From Candidatus Latescibacterota bacterium (GTDB lineage Bacteria; Latescibacterota; UBA2968; UBA8231): a DNA stretch of 64,000 nt. The translations under genes were made by a program, and so were the position numbers. The notes under the pieces were generated by a model, which worked only from the letters and a program-made list of their open reading frames with translations, had not been told where the DNA came from and did not search any database. Below are positions 24,464 through 33,268 of this stretch, one piece after another (position 1 is the first letter of the stretch; the number at the start of each line of letters is the position of its first letter). The DNA lies in assembly GCA_965200315.1 (NCBI GenBank), contig OZ241362.1, positions 2,400,001 through 2,464,000 of the forward strand, read 5' to 3'.

Positions 24464-25426
24464 TTAGGCGTTCTGCAGAACTTGTAGCTGGAGTTCGAGG
24501 TTGCGCAACCCAACTTCGCCGGATACGAGCGGCGTTATTTGGGGCTGAATTGTCGCCTCAGCAAACTGGGCGATGAGCAGCGACATAAAATCATCGCCGA
24601 TTAGTTCTGATTCACCGGTGCTGAGCACCGAACAATAAGTCCCGTCGGGCGCAGACCGCCCCGTGCAATCGACCAAAAAGCCATTAACGCCGAACCGCCG
24701 CAGGGGTTGGCCTGCGTGTAGATCGCGGACGATGATTTCGCAGCGACAACTTCCCGCCGAGTCGGCAAAACTGAAACAGGACCGCACTTCCCCGCTCCCG
24801 GACACCACTCGTAGCAACTCAGGCTCAATAGTCCCGTCGGGCATCCAAGCCAAGAGCATGCTCAAAGGATGAGGTGCCATATCGATCCACACCTCTGCGG
24901 CGCTGCGGCGACGTCCCCGCGCCAAAGTCTCCATTTCCGCGTAAAAGGATTCTACGGTTGTGAGCGAACCACGGGCCTCCTCGTATAGCCGCTGGTAGTT
25001 GGGCTGCGCGGCAGCGTATTGAGTACAGACGCCCAAGTGCAGATTGGTTTGCCTCGCCAAATCAACCAAGGCCCGCGCCTGCATCTGTGTCTGCTCCGGC
25101 CCATCCGAATGCCAGACTAAAGGCTTTTCACAGAGTACGTGACAACCCCGTTCAAGAGCGCATTTGACGCAGGCGAAATGGGCCTCATTCGGCAGACAGA
25201 CATCAACCACATCGGGGGCTTCTTCGCTCAGTAGCTGGTCCAAGTCCCAATAGCCTTGGCCCGAAAAAGGAAAAATATCGCGTAGAACGCGCTCTGTGGC
25301 AGCGACACTTTCCCGATTGCGGCCCAAAAAGCCAACGACTTGCGCACCGGCGAGGTGGAACCACTTGGCGTGATGCTTGCCAATGCCGCTGGCGCCGGCG
25401 ATGGCAACGCGCAGGGGCTTTTCCAT
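24464..25426 (-). CDS. Gfo/Idh/MocA family oxidoreductase
   Basis: N-terminal Rossmann GASGIG, PNEAH, HVLCEKP, DMAPH. Confidence 0.85.
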   Translation of the reverse strand: MEKPLRVAIAGASGIGKHHAKWFHLAGAQVVGFLGRNRESVAATERVLRDIFPFSGQGYWDLDQLLSEEAPDVVDVCLPNEAHFACVKCALERGCHVLCEKPLVWHSDGPEQTQMQARALVDLARQTNLHLGVCTQYAAAQPNYQRLYEEARGSLTTVESFYAEMETLARGRRRSAAEVWIDMAPHPLSMLLAWMPDGTIEPELLRVVSGSGEVRSCFSFADSAGSCRCEIIVRDLHAGQPLRRFGVNGFLVDCTGRSAPDGTYCSVLSTGESELIGDDFMSLLIAQFAEATIQPQITPLVSGEVGLRNLELQLQVLQNA

Positions 25427-25440
25427 TTTTCCTCTAATAC

Positions 25441-25472
25441 AAAAAGAGCCGACAGCCCATCTGTCGGCTCTC
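25441..25472 (-). terminator. Intrinsic terminator after small basic ORF
   Basis: Perfect 10-bp stem GAGCCGACAG/CTGTCGGCTC followed by TTTTT on the minus strand. Confidence 0.75.
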
Positions 25473-25501
25473 CTAAGGCTAATGGCCTCTAGATTTAACT
25501 A

Positions 25502-25618
25502 TCACTTTTTTCGCGGCGACATCTTGGCCTCCTGAGCGCGTTGCTTCAAGCGCTTTTTGCGCCGCTGCCGCCGACTCCTCAATTCCTTATCCCTCATTCT
25601 GCCTTTACTCGAACCCAT
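25502..25618 (-). CDS. 38-aa highly basic microprotein
   Basis: MGSSKGRMRDKELRSRRQRRKKRLKQRAQEAKMSPRKK. AGGAGG RBS 8 nt upstream, fills the intergenic gap, followed by a terminator. Below the ORF-track size cutoff. Confidence 0.7.
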   Translation of the reverse strand: MGSSKGRMRDKELRSRRQRRKKRLKQRAQEAKMSPRKK

Positions 25619-25680
25619 CTGTATATCCTCCTAAGAATAAGAAGCGGTTGCCGGCAATATATCTGGCGGCCCCACCGGGG

Positions 25681-26604
25681 TCAAGCGAGGATCATCCGCA
25701 AAAGGGCCATGCGCACGTAAAGTCCGTTATGGGCTTGGCGAAAATAGGCCGCCCGCGGGTCTGCGTCCACTTCCGGGTCAATCTCATCGACGCGCGGCAG
25801 CGGGTGCATGACAACAGCGTGTTCCTGCATACAGTCCATCACCGAGCGATCGACAATGTACTTGCCCTGTGCTTGCTTGTATTCTCCAGTGCGGCCGCCA
25901 AAGCGCTCTTTTTGGATGCGCGTCTGATAGACCACATCGGCCTGCCTCGCCACCTCATGTAGGTCGTCCACCTCCTCAAAAAGGACTTGGTGCCGCTGCA
26001 AATACTCCTTTATGTCGTCCTTCATCCGCACCGTCTCAGGCGCGACGAAGTACATCTCGACGCCCTCGTATTTGGCCAACAGATAGCACAGCGAACGCAC
26101 CGTCCGTCCATTGGCCAGATCTCCCACCAAAGCAACTGTAATTTTTTCGAGGCGGCCAATCTCGCGCTGGATAGTAAAAAGATCCAACAGAGCTTGGGTC
26201 GGGTGCTGCCCAGCCCCGTCGCCGGCGTTGATTACCGGGATGCCAGCGACAGCAGCAGCTCGGTTGCTAGCCCCGCTTTCGTAGTGGCGCAACACGATCA
26301 CATCCGAGTACCCGGCGACGACGCGAATAGTGTCCTCGAGAGTCTCCCCTTTGGCGGCCGAAGAAAATTCCTGTGCGCTCTCGGTCGTAATGACGGCCCC
26401 GCCCAACCGCGTCATCGCCGACTCAAAAGACAGCCGCGTACGCGTACTAGGCTCGTAGAACAGCGTCGCCATGACCCGGCGGTTGAGGATATTGGATCCG
26501 TAGTGCTGAACTACTTGCTCCATCTCTTGAGCTGTGGAGAAAATGGCCTCTATCGAGTCTAGGTCGAATTGCTGCGCTTCGAGGACGTGATAAAGGCGAT
26601 CCAT
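25681..26604 (-). CDS. pyrB: Aspartate carbamoyltransferase catalytic subunit
   Basis: FYEPSTRTRLSF, KGETLEDT, NAGDG.GQHPTQALLD, RIQKER, MHPLPR. Confidence 0.97.
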   Translation of the reverse strand: MDRLYHVLEAQQFDLDSIEAIFSTAQEMEQVVQHYGSNILNRRVMATLFYEPSTRTRLSFESAMTRLGGAVITTESAQEFSSAAKGETLEDTIRVVAGYSDVIVLRHYESGASNRAAAVAGIPVINAGDGAGQHPTQALLDLFTIQREIGRLEKITVALVGDLANGRTVRSLCYLLAKYEGVEMYFVAPETVRMKDDIKEYLQRHQVLFEEVDDLHEVARQADVVYQTRIQKERFGGRTGEYKQAQGKYIVDRSVMDCMQEHAVVMHPLPRVDEIDPEVDADPRAAYFRQAHNGLYVRMALLRMILA

Positions 26605-26614
26605 TAGGTGCTCC

Positions 26615-27052
26615 TCAACGGCCTTCCCGCTCCCCCAATACCGCCATAATCTCCGCCTCTGCGGCCACTTCCTCCCCCACCATTGCTCGCCCCTGCAACT
26701 TACAGGACGCGCCCCGCTTCCTGAGCACTTTTAGCTCTAGCCGCAATTGATCCCCTGGCACAACCGGGCGGCGAAATTTGCAGCGATCAATCCCAGCGAA
26801 AAAGGGCACCTTGGATTCGGGGTTCTCCACGCCGCTCAGCATCATTGCGCACCCCGCTTGTGCCAATCCCTCGACGATCAGCACCCCAGGCATGACCGGA
26901 TAACCGGGAAAATGACCTTGAAAAAACGATTCGTTGGCCGTCACGTTCTTCAAAGCCACGACGCGTTCCCCAGGTTCCAATTCGAGGATGCGGTCGATGA
27001 GCAACAGCGGATAGCGGTGCGGCAACAGGTCGAGAATTTCCGTTAAATTCAC
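26615..27052 (-). CDS. fabZ: 3-hydroxyacyl-ACP dehydratase
   Basis: LPHRYP, FFQGHFPGYPVMPGVLIVE, KFRRPVVPGD. Confidence 0.96.
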   Translation of the reverse strand: MNLTEILDLLPHRYPLLLIDRILELEPGERVVALKNVTANESFFQGHFPGYPVMPGVLIVEGLAQAGCAMMLSGVENPESKVPFFAGIDRCKFRRPVVPGDQLRLELKVLRKRGASCKLQGRAMVGEEVAAEAEIMAVLGEREGR

Positions 27053-27585
27053 TCCAGCTCCTCTTCTTTTTCTTTTTCCATCAGTTCTAGCAGATGCTCG
27101 GTTAGATCGTACTCTTCCTTGGCAAAAACCAACCCACTCGAAGGTGCGGCAGCGTCGAAAATGAAGTCATAGCCCTTTTCCTCGGCCATGCCCTGAATGG
27201 CATCGTTGATCTTTTTGAAGATCGGCTCGGACAGCTCGATATTCTTGCGCACCAGCTCGCCTTCGGGGCCGAACTTCTCTTGGGCAAATTGCCGGAGTTG
27301 CTGCTGTTTGGTCTCGAACTCAGCCTGTAGTTCCGCCTTTTTCGCTTCGCTCAACAGCAACTCCTGCCGCCGAAAATCCTCTTGCAGCTTAAACAGCTTG
27401 GCCTCGCGGTCCTTAGCTTGGTTTTCGTAGTCCTGAGTTAGCTGGTCCAACGTGCGCTGCGCATCCCGGAATTCGGGAAGGCGCTCTTTGAGTACTTCCG
27501 AATCAATGTAGCCTATTTTCAACTGAGCCGAGGCACTAGTGGCGCAACAGGCCACGACGAGGGCAAACAATAGGGCGCGTTTCAT
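27049..27585 (-). CDS. skp: OmpH/Skp periplasmic chaperone
   Basis: Signal peptide, KIGYID, long helical coiled coil, GYDFIFD, DLT. Downstream of bamA. Confidence 0.92.
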   Translation of the reverse strand: MKRALLFALVVACCATSASAQLKIGYIDSEVLKERLPEFRDAQRTLDQLTQDYENQAKDREAKLFKLQEDFRRQELLLSEAKKAELQAEFETKQQQLRQFAQEKFGPEGELVRKNIELSEPIFKKINDAIQGMAEEKGYDFIFDAAAPSSGLVFAKEEYDLTEHLLELMEKEKEEELE

Positions 27586-27681
27586 ACGTACTCCTCTTTA
27601 TGGACGAAAATCAATGGGATTGAAGTTGCGTTCATTTTTTAATTCAACTGCGCTACTCTCGCTGCAACGGGTGTCAGACGA

Positions 27682-28087
27682 CTATTTGATCTGCATCTTG
27701 ATCTTGGATCGCTTGCTCCGCGACAAGGAGATACCACCGAAGCCACTGATAACGGCAATGTAAAACCCAACATCGTACCACCAGCCTGTGTTTTGCGGTT
27801 CATAGAGGCGGATGTCCAAGTTAAACAAGCCCCAGATGAGCGATATGGGAGCGATCCAACCGTGCCAGATTCCCCAGAAAAACCCGGCGGGATTCGCTTC
27901 AGTGTGTTTTCCATCGCCATTTTGCGCAATGCCTATGACACGGATGTGCGCTCCTTGCTGGCGATAGTGCGCCAGGAACTGGGGGCCGAAGCCGATCCCT
28001 TGGGTAGCCTATCGCCACAGCAGGAACACACCCGGCAAGCGAAATCAGAACGATCAAGACAAGTATGCAGATCAACTGTTTGGCCAT
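27682..28087 (-). pseudogene. Small membrane lipoprotein gene (100 aa if repaired) interrupted by a 103-bp insert
   Basis: 28087-28022 encodes MAKQLICILVLIVLISLAGCVP (lipobox LAGC). 27918-27682 continues GDGKHTEANPAGFFWGIWHGWIAPISLIWGLFNLDIRLYEPQNTGWWYDVGFYIAVISGFGGISLSRSKRSKIKMQIK*. Removing 27919-28021 fuses them in frame. Confidence 0.85.
27919..28021. repeat. Inverted repeat copy 2 (103 bp; rhaI fragment plus A28006)
   Basis: Plus strand reads as rhaI sense (ILRNAYDTDVRSLLAIVRQELGAEADPLG), identical to copy 1 apart from the inserted A. Confidence 0.95.
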
Positions 28088-28194
28088 GGAAAATCCTGCG
28101 TCGATCCGTTTTTGTATAATCCGCTGCTTTCTCTCGCTCCAAGTAAATCGTATAAGATACGACTTGGCAGAATTTTGTGAAACAGTGGACATAA

Positions 28195-28232
28195 GAAGGC
28201 CCAAGATGCCAGACGACATCTTGGGCTTCGTC
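28195..28232 (-). terminator. Hairpin/terminator after bamA
   Basis: GCCCAAGATG-CCAGACGA-CATCTTGGGC stem with TTCTTAT following on the minus strand. Confidence 0.65.
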
Positions 28233-28253
28233 TTGTGCCCCTGAGATCAGAGC

Positions 28254-30647
28254 CTAGTAAAACTGCGGGCCGAACTGGAAGTGGGTCTTCCAGCCAGCCG
28301 GCGTACCATCGATATCCTTGCGGTCAAAACCATAACCGAAGTCAAAGCCGATCATCCCCAGCATCGGCGTCTGGACGCGAAAGCCAAAGCCCAGCGAACG
28401 CTTGAGGTCCAAAGGATTGAGCTCGGGAATCGTCGCCCAAGCGTTGCCTGCGTCAGCGAAGAGGATGCCGTACACTTGCTGCTCGGCTATTGGAAAGCGG
28501 TACTCTAGATTCAACACCATCATCGAGCGGCCGCCGAGGGGAATCCCAGTGTCGCCGGCCCTCGGGCCCAAAGAGTAATCTGGATAGCCCCGGACCTGTC
28601 CGTCCCAGTAATCAATACCGCCTGGAGTAAACAGATCATAGTACGAAATGAGGCCGTCGTCCTCGTCGGAAAAACCATCTATGACCGCGACTTTAGTCTC
28701 CAAACTCCAGACGAACTTCCACCAACTCGGCCGGTAGTAGTTGAAATTCACTTCGTGGTTGTGGAAGTTCACATCGCCAGCCACGATCGAAGTCGCGACC
28801 GATGGAGTGTAGCTAAAAACCGTCCCCTTGGTCGGAAATTCGGCCCGGTCGCGCGTATCGCGCGTATAGATCAACTCAAAGCGGCTTGTAAGCCGATCTT
28901 GGTAACGGGGATCGTTCTCAGCCCCTGTAAAGCTGTCGCTGAAGTCGGAATAACCTTGGCTATAAAGGCGATAGCCCAGCGAAAGGCTAGAGTTGGCTGG
29001 CTTCTTCAACCGCCGACCCACTCGCACATTGATCGACTTGCGCTGGGATTTCCAGAGGATCGAATCGTACCTGCCTGACCGGTAGTCATAGTAATGGAGG
29101 TTTTGCGTATAAGCGCGCGCCGACAAACTGGTCGGGGTGTCGAAAAGCCACGGCTCGGTAAAACCAACGAGGAACTGCTCGCGCCGGGTCCCGAACTCCC
29201 AGTTAAAATCCAGACTCTGGCCCATGCCGCGGAAGTTGGGAACCTGCAAGCCGATTTGGCCTACCATCTTGTCGCGGTCCGAATACCCCGCCCCCATAGA
29301 CGCTTGCCCAGTCTGCCGCTCATCGACGTTAAACACCATATCCACCAGCCGTTCGCCCTCGCCGGTGCCGTATTGGGGCTGGATTTGCACGTCTTTGAAG
29401 AAGTTCAACAGCATTATGCGCCGCTGACTTTCTTGAACGAGGTTTTGCTGATAAATATCGCCCGGACGCAATTCGATCTCGCGCCGGATCACCTTCTCTC
29501 GCGTCTTGGTATTGCCGGCGATCTCGACCTTGCGAATCGTCCACGGCTGCCCTTCAAATACCTGAAACGACACATCAATCGAGTCATTGCGAATCGTCTC
29601 CTGCGGCACCACGCGCGTGTCTAAGTAGCCCTTCTCGTAATAGACAAAGCGCGCCAAATCGGCTAGCTCTGGCCCCGAGCGCCCATATATCATCCCCTCC
29701 TGCATATCCAGCTTCCCCACCAATTCGTCGGTGCCGAAGAGCTCGTTGCCTTCCCAAGCAACTTCGCCCAACCGGTACTGTAGCCCCTCGTCGATTTCCA
29801 CGTCGATGAATAAGTGCCGCCGCGTCGAGTCGTAATAGACGCTGTCGCGCACTATGGCTGCCTGCTGAAAACCCAAGCTGCGATAGTACGCCAGCAGCTT
29901 CTGCTTGTCCTCCTCGTACGTATCGCCGTTGAACTCGCCCTTGCGCCACCAGCGCTTTTCCTCGGTTTCCATCAACGACACCAACCGGCGCGGCTCCGGA
30001 CCTTGGCCAGCCCATTTTTGCGGCCGCCGAGGACTGCGCACCGGCAACTCTCGGCTGTCGACCACCGTGCCGTCGGCGCGGTGTTGGATCAAGCGGATCT
30101 GCTTGATCTGCACCTTGGATCCCTCGTTGATGTCGTACTGGAGGAATATCTCACCCTCTTCTGCACCGGCAAAGGTCTGGCCCTTGACCTCAGCGCGCAG
30201 ATAGCCCTTCTCGCGATAGAGGTCGAGGATTTTTTGCTCGCCCCGCACCACATCCCTCGGCGCGATAACCTGACCGGTGACCAAGCTCAGTGCCTCCTTG
30301 AGGTCTTTCTCCTTGAGGTTTTTCTGCCCCTTGAACTGCAAACCCTCTAAGGCTGGGTATTCTTCAACCATGATGATCAGGTTGATTCCCTCGGGGGCGG
30401 GGTCGCCCCATATCTGGATATCCTCAAAGACGTTGAGTCCTTGGAGATCGCGCACTGCCTGCTGCACGTTCTCTTGCGACAGCTCAACTCCAGGCTCCAA
30501 GCCCACCGTGGTCAGGATCAGCGACTTGGCCACCTTGCGCAACTTACCCTGCACCTCGATCGAGACAACCTTTTGGGCCTCAACCGCGTTCCCCATCAAT
30601 CCCACAGAGACGATAGCAAAAAGTATGGTGCGGAAATTCTTTTTCAT
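28254..30647 (-). CDS. bamA: Outer membrane protein assembly factor BamA
   Basis: Signal peptide, POTRA repeats (GNTKTREKVIRRE), FTEPWLFD, VRGY, C-terminal FQFGPQFY. Confidence 0.95.
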   Translation of the reverse strand: MKKNFRTILFAIVSVGLMGNAVEAQKVVSIEVQGKLRKVAKSLILTTVGLEPGVELSQENVQQAVRDLQGLNVFEDIQIWGDPAPEGINLIIMVEEYPALEGLQFKGQKNLKEKDLKEALSLVTGQVIAPRDVVRGEQKILDLYREKGYLRAEVKGQTFAGAEEGEIFLQYDINEGSKVQIKQIRLIQHRADGTVVDSRELPVRSPRRPQKWAGQGPEPRRLVSLMETEEKRWWRKGEFNGDTYEEDKQKLLAYYRSLGFQQAAIVRDSVYYDSTRRHLFIDVEIDEGLQYRLGEVAWEGNELFGTDELVGKLDMQEGMIYGRSGPELADLARFVYYEKGYLDTRVVPQETIRNDSIDVSFQVFEGQPWTIRKVEIAGNTKTREKVIRREIELRPGDIYQQNLVQESQRRIMLLNFFKDVQIQPQYGTGEGERLVDMVFNVDERQTGQASMGAGYSDRDKMVGQIGLQVPNFRGMGQSLDFNWEFGTRREQFLVGFTEPWLFDTPTSLSARAYTQNLHYYDYRSGRYDSILWKSQRKSINVRVGRRLKKPANSSLSLGYRLYSQGYSDFSDSFTGAENDPRYQDRLTSRFELIYTRDTRDRAEFPTKGTVFSYTPSVATSIVAGDVNFHNHEVNFNYYRPSWWKFVWSLETKVAVIDGFSDEDDGLISYYDLFTPGGIDYWDGQVRGYPDYSLGPRAGDTGIPLGGRSMMVLNLEYRFPIAEQQVYGILFADAGNAWATIPELNPLDLKRSLGFGFRVQTPMLGMIGFDFGYGFDRKDIDGTPAGWKTHFQFGPQFY

Positions 30648-30648
30648 A

Positions 30649-33117
30649 TCAGCTCGCGGTCTCGCGTTTCTTCTTCACTCTTTCGCTCGTACCCACTCGA
30701 CGCTCCTCGTCAAAAACTAGTTCCTCACCCCTTTTGGTGACGCGGATGCGACTGCCCTCGCCAAAGCGGCCTTGGAGAATCTCCTCGGCCAACGGATCTT
30801 CGAGCATCTTCTGTATAGACCGCTCCAAATAGCGCGCACCATACGCCTGATCAAAACCCTTGTCGGCAAGCAAGGATTTCGCTCCAGGCGTAACTCGCAC
30901 TTGGATATCCTGCAATGCTAACCGCGCTTTGAATTCCTCCAAGCGAATATCTATTATGGCGGCGATGTGCTCTTTGTCGAGCGCGTGGAAAATGATGATG
31001 TCGTCAACGCGATTGAGGAATTCGGGATTGAAGGTCTTTTTTAAGGCGTCGTTGATTTTGCCCTCCATCAGCGCGTACATCGAGTCGGAATCGGACTTTT
31101 GGAAGCCCAATACACCACCCGTGCCCACATCCCGACTGCCCGCGTTAGAGGTCATAATCAGCACGGTGTTGCAAAAATCTACTTTGCGGCCCGTGCTGTC
31201 GGTGAGCCGTCCCTCGTCGAGAATCTGCAACAAGATGTTGAAAACATCGGGATGGGCTTTCTCGACCTCGTCTAGCAGAACCACTGAATACGGACGACGG
31301 CGAACCCGCTCGGTAAGCTGCCCGCCCTCATCAAAACCCACGTAGCCCGGAGGTGCGCCAATCAGGCGCGACACCGCGAATTTCTCCATGTACTCAGACA
31401 TATCGACCGAAATCAACGCATCGGCGTCGTCGAAGAGGAATTCGGCTAGCCGCTTGGCCAACTCGGTCTTGCCCACGCCCGTCGGGCCGAGAAAGATAAA
31501 CGAGCCGATGGGCCGCTTGGGATCCTGTAGGCCCGCACGACTGCGACGGATGGCCCGTGCAACCGCAGAGACCGCCTGTTGCTGACCGACGATGTTCTTT
31601 GTGAGGGCGTCTTCCATGGCTAGCAGGCGCTCGGTCTCGGTCTTAGCCAGCCGCGAGATGGGAATGCCGGTCATACTAGCGATAACCTCGGCGATGTCGT
31701 CTGTGGTCACTTCGACCACTTCGTCGCGGACCGCTTCCTCCCACGCTTTGCGTTTGTCTTTTAGCTGTTCATTCAAATGGAGCGCCTTGTCGCGCAGCAC
31801 GGCGGCGTCCTCGAAGTCTTGGCGCTCGGACGCTTCGTTTTTTTGGCGATTGATTTCCTGTATCTCGGCCTCGATGCGGCCGATCTCTTCCGGCGGACTG
31901 AGCCGCGCCAGATGCACGCGCGAGCCCGTCTCGTCAATCACATCAATGGCCTTGTCGGGCAAGTAGCGGTCGCTTATGTAGCGATCGGACTGGCGTACCG
32001 CATAGGCAACGACATCGTCGGCAAATTCTACGTGATGGTGGCTCTCGTAGCTGGAGCGCAGCCCCTTGACGATCTCAATGGTGTCCTCAACCGAGGGGGG
32101 ATCAACCATGATGCTCTGAAAACGCCGCTCAAGGGCCCCATCCTTTTCGATGTGTTTGCGGTACTCGTCGAGCGTGGTGGCCCCGATGCACTGCAATTCG
32201 CCGCGCGCCAAAGCGGGCTTGAACATATTGGAAGCATCCAACGTGCCCTCGGCACTTCCGGCCCCGACAATGGTGTGCAGCTCGTCGATGAAAATGATAA
32301 TTTCGGAGTTTTGCTGCAGTTCGTTCATCACCGCCTTGATGCGCTCTTCAAACTGGCCCCGGTATTTGGTGCCGGCGACCACTCCGCCCATGTCGAGGGT
32401 GACCAAGCGCTTGTCGAGGAGGATCTGCGGCACACGCTTTTCAATGATGCACTGGGCGAGCCCTTCGACAATGGCCGTCTTGCCGACGCCCGGGTCGCCG
32501 ATGAGGATGGGATTGTTCTTCTTGCGGCGGCTGAGGACTTGCGTGACGCGCTCAATCTCCTTCTGGCGACCGATCACTGGATCTAGCTTGCCCTCGCGCG
32601 CCAACTGAGTCAGGTCGCGGCCAAAGTGGTCAAGGAAGGGCGTCTTGCTCTTCTTGCCCTTTTCCTTGCGCCCGGTGGTCTTGCCTTCGAGCACGGCCAA
32701 GGTCTCTTCTAGGGCCGTTTTGTAATCGACCCCAAAGGCAGCCAAAATCTGCGCGGCAACCCCCTCCTTATCCTTGAGTAAAGCCAAGAGCAGGTGTTCG
32801 ACGTCGATGAACTGCGTCTTCATCTCCTTGGCCTCGTTGGCTGCTACTTCGAGGATCTGTTTGGCACGGGGGGTATAGGGCACCTCGCCAATGGTCATGG
32901 TGCCGCCCGAGGTCGTCACGTAGTCTTCTACCGACTGCTTGACCGTCTCCAAGCTCAACCCCAAGTTCGTCAGCACGGCCACGGCCTTGCCCTTGCCGTC
33001 CTTGATAATGCCCAACAGCAAATGCTCGGTGCCGATGTAATTGTGCCCTAAGCGCGCCGACTCCTCGCGCGCTAGCTTCATTACCTGTTTTACGTTTTCG
33101 GTGAACATGTTGTTCAT
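30649..33117 (-). CDS. clpC: ATP-dependent Clp protease ATPase ClpC
   Basis: Two Clp N-repeats (GTEHLLLG), [11 protein letters not shown]-like middle domain, [24 protein letters not shown]. Confidence 0.95.
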   Translation of the reverse strand: MNNMFTENVKQVMKLAREESARLGHNYIGTEHLLLGIIKDGKGKAVAVLTNLGLSLETVKQSVEDYVTTSGGTMTIGEVPYTPRAKQILEVAANEAKEMKTQFIDVEHLLLALLKDKEGVAAQILAAFGVDYKTALEETLAVLEGKTTGRKEKGKKSKTPFLDHFGRDLTQLAREGKLDPVIGRQKEIERVTQVLSRRKKNNPILIGDPGVGKTAIVEGLAQCIIEKRVPQILLDKRLVTLDMGGVVAGTKYRGQFEERIKAVMNELQQNSEIIIFIDELHTIVGAGSAEGTLDASNMFKPALARGELQCIGATTLDEYRKHIEKDGALERRFQSIMVDPPSVEDTIEIVKGLRSSYESHHHVEFADDVVAYAVRQSDRYISDRYLPDKAIDVIDETGSRVHLARLSPPEEIGRIEAEIQEINRQKNEASERQDFEDAAVLRDKALHLNEQLKDKRKAWEEAVRDEVVEVTTDDIAEVIASMTGIPISRLAKTETERLLAMEDALTKNIVGQQQAVSAVARAIRRSRAGLQDPKRPIGSFIFLGPTGVGKTELAKRLAEFLFDDADALISVDMSEYMEKFAVSRLIGAPPGYVGFDEGGQLTERVRRRPYSVVLLDEVEKAHPDVFNILLQILDEGRLTDSTGRKVDFCNTVLIMTSNAGSRDVGTGGVLGFQKSDSDSMYALMEGKINDALKKTFNPEFLNRVDDIIIFHALDKEHIAAIIDIRLEEFKARLALQDIQVRVTPGAKSLLADKGFDQAYGARYLERSIQKMLEDPLAEEILQGRFGEGSRIRVTKRGEELVFDEERRVGTSERVKKKRETAS

Positions 33118-33239
33118 CTAGTCGTCCTCCACAATCCGCCTATGGTCTATGTAAGTAAGGAAACTTGATTCTCGACAATTCGGAGAGCGCGAGTTGAATA
33201 TCGAGCATTGCAAACTTTGCTAGATAAAGCTCAATTTTG

Positions 33240-33268
33240 AACCTATCAAATGAGCCGATTGTTGTCAA
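33240..33268 (-). promoter_or_regulatory. Putative internal sigma70 promoter for clpC-bamA
   Basis: TTGACA (overlapping the mcsB stop), 17 nt, TAGGTT, in a 147-bp AT-richer gap. Confidence 0.4.

Noticed and set aside
23196-28021. 102-bp repeat pair as a diversity-generating retroelement TR/VR
   Set aside because: No reverse transcriptase in the window, copies are inverted, and there are no adenine-specific substitutions (only a 1-bp indel).
27793-28119. 108-aa plus-strand ORF containing an RhaI-like peptide
   Set aside because: Similarity is confined to the 103-bp insert; the flanks are antisense to the split lipoprotein gene.
33190-33235. CIRCE or CtsR operator upstream of clpC
   Set aside because: Only a loose AGCA...TGCT dyad; matches neither TTAGCACTC-N9-GAGTGCTAA nor the GGTCAAA direct repeat.
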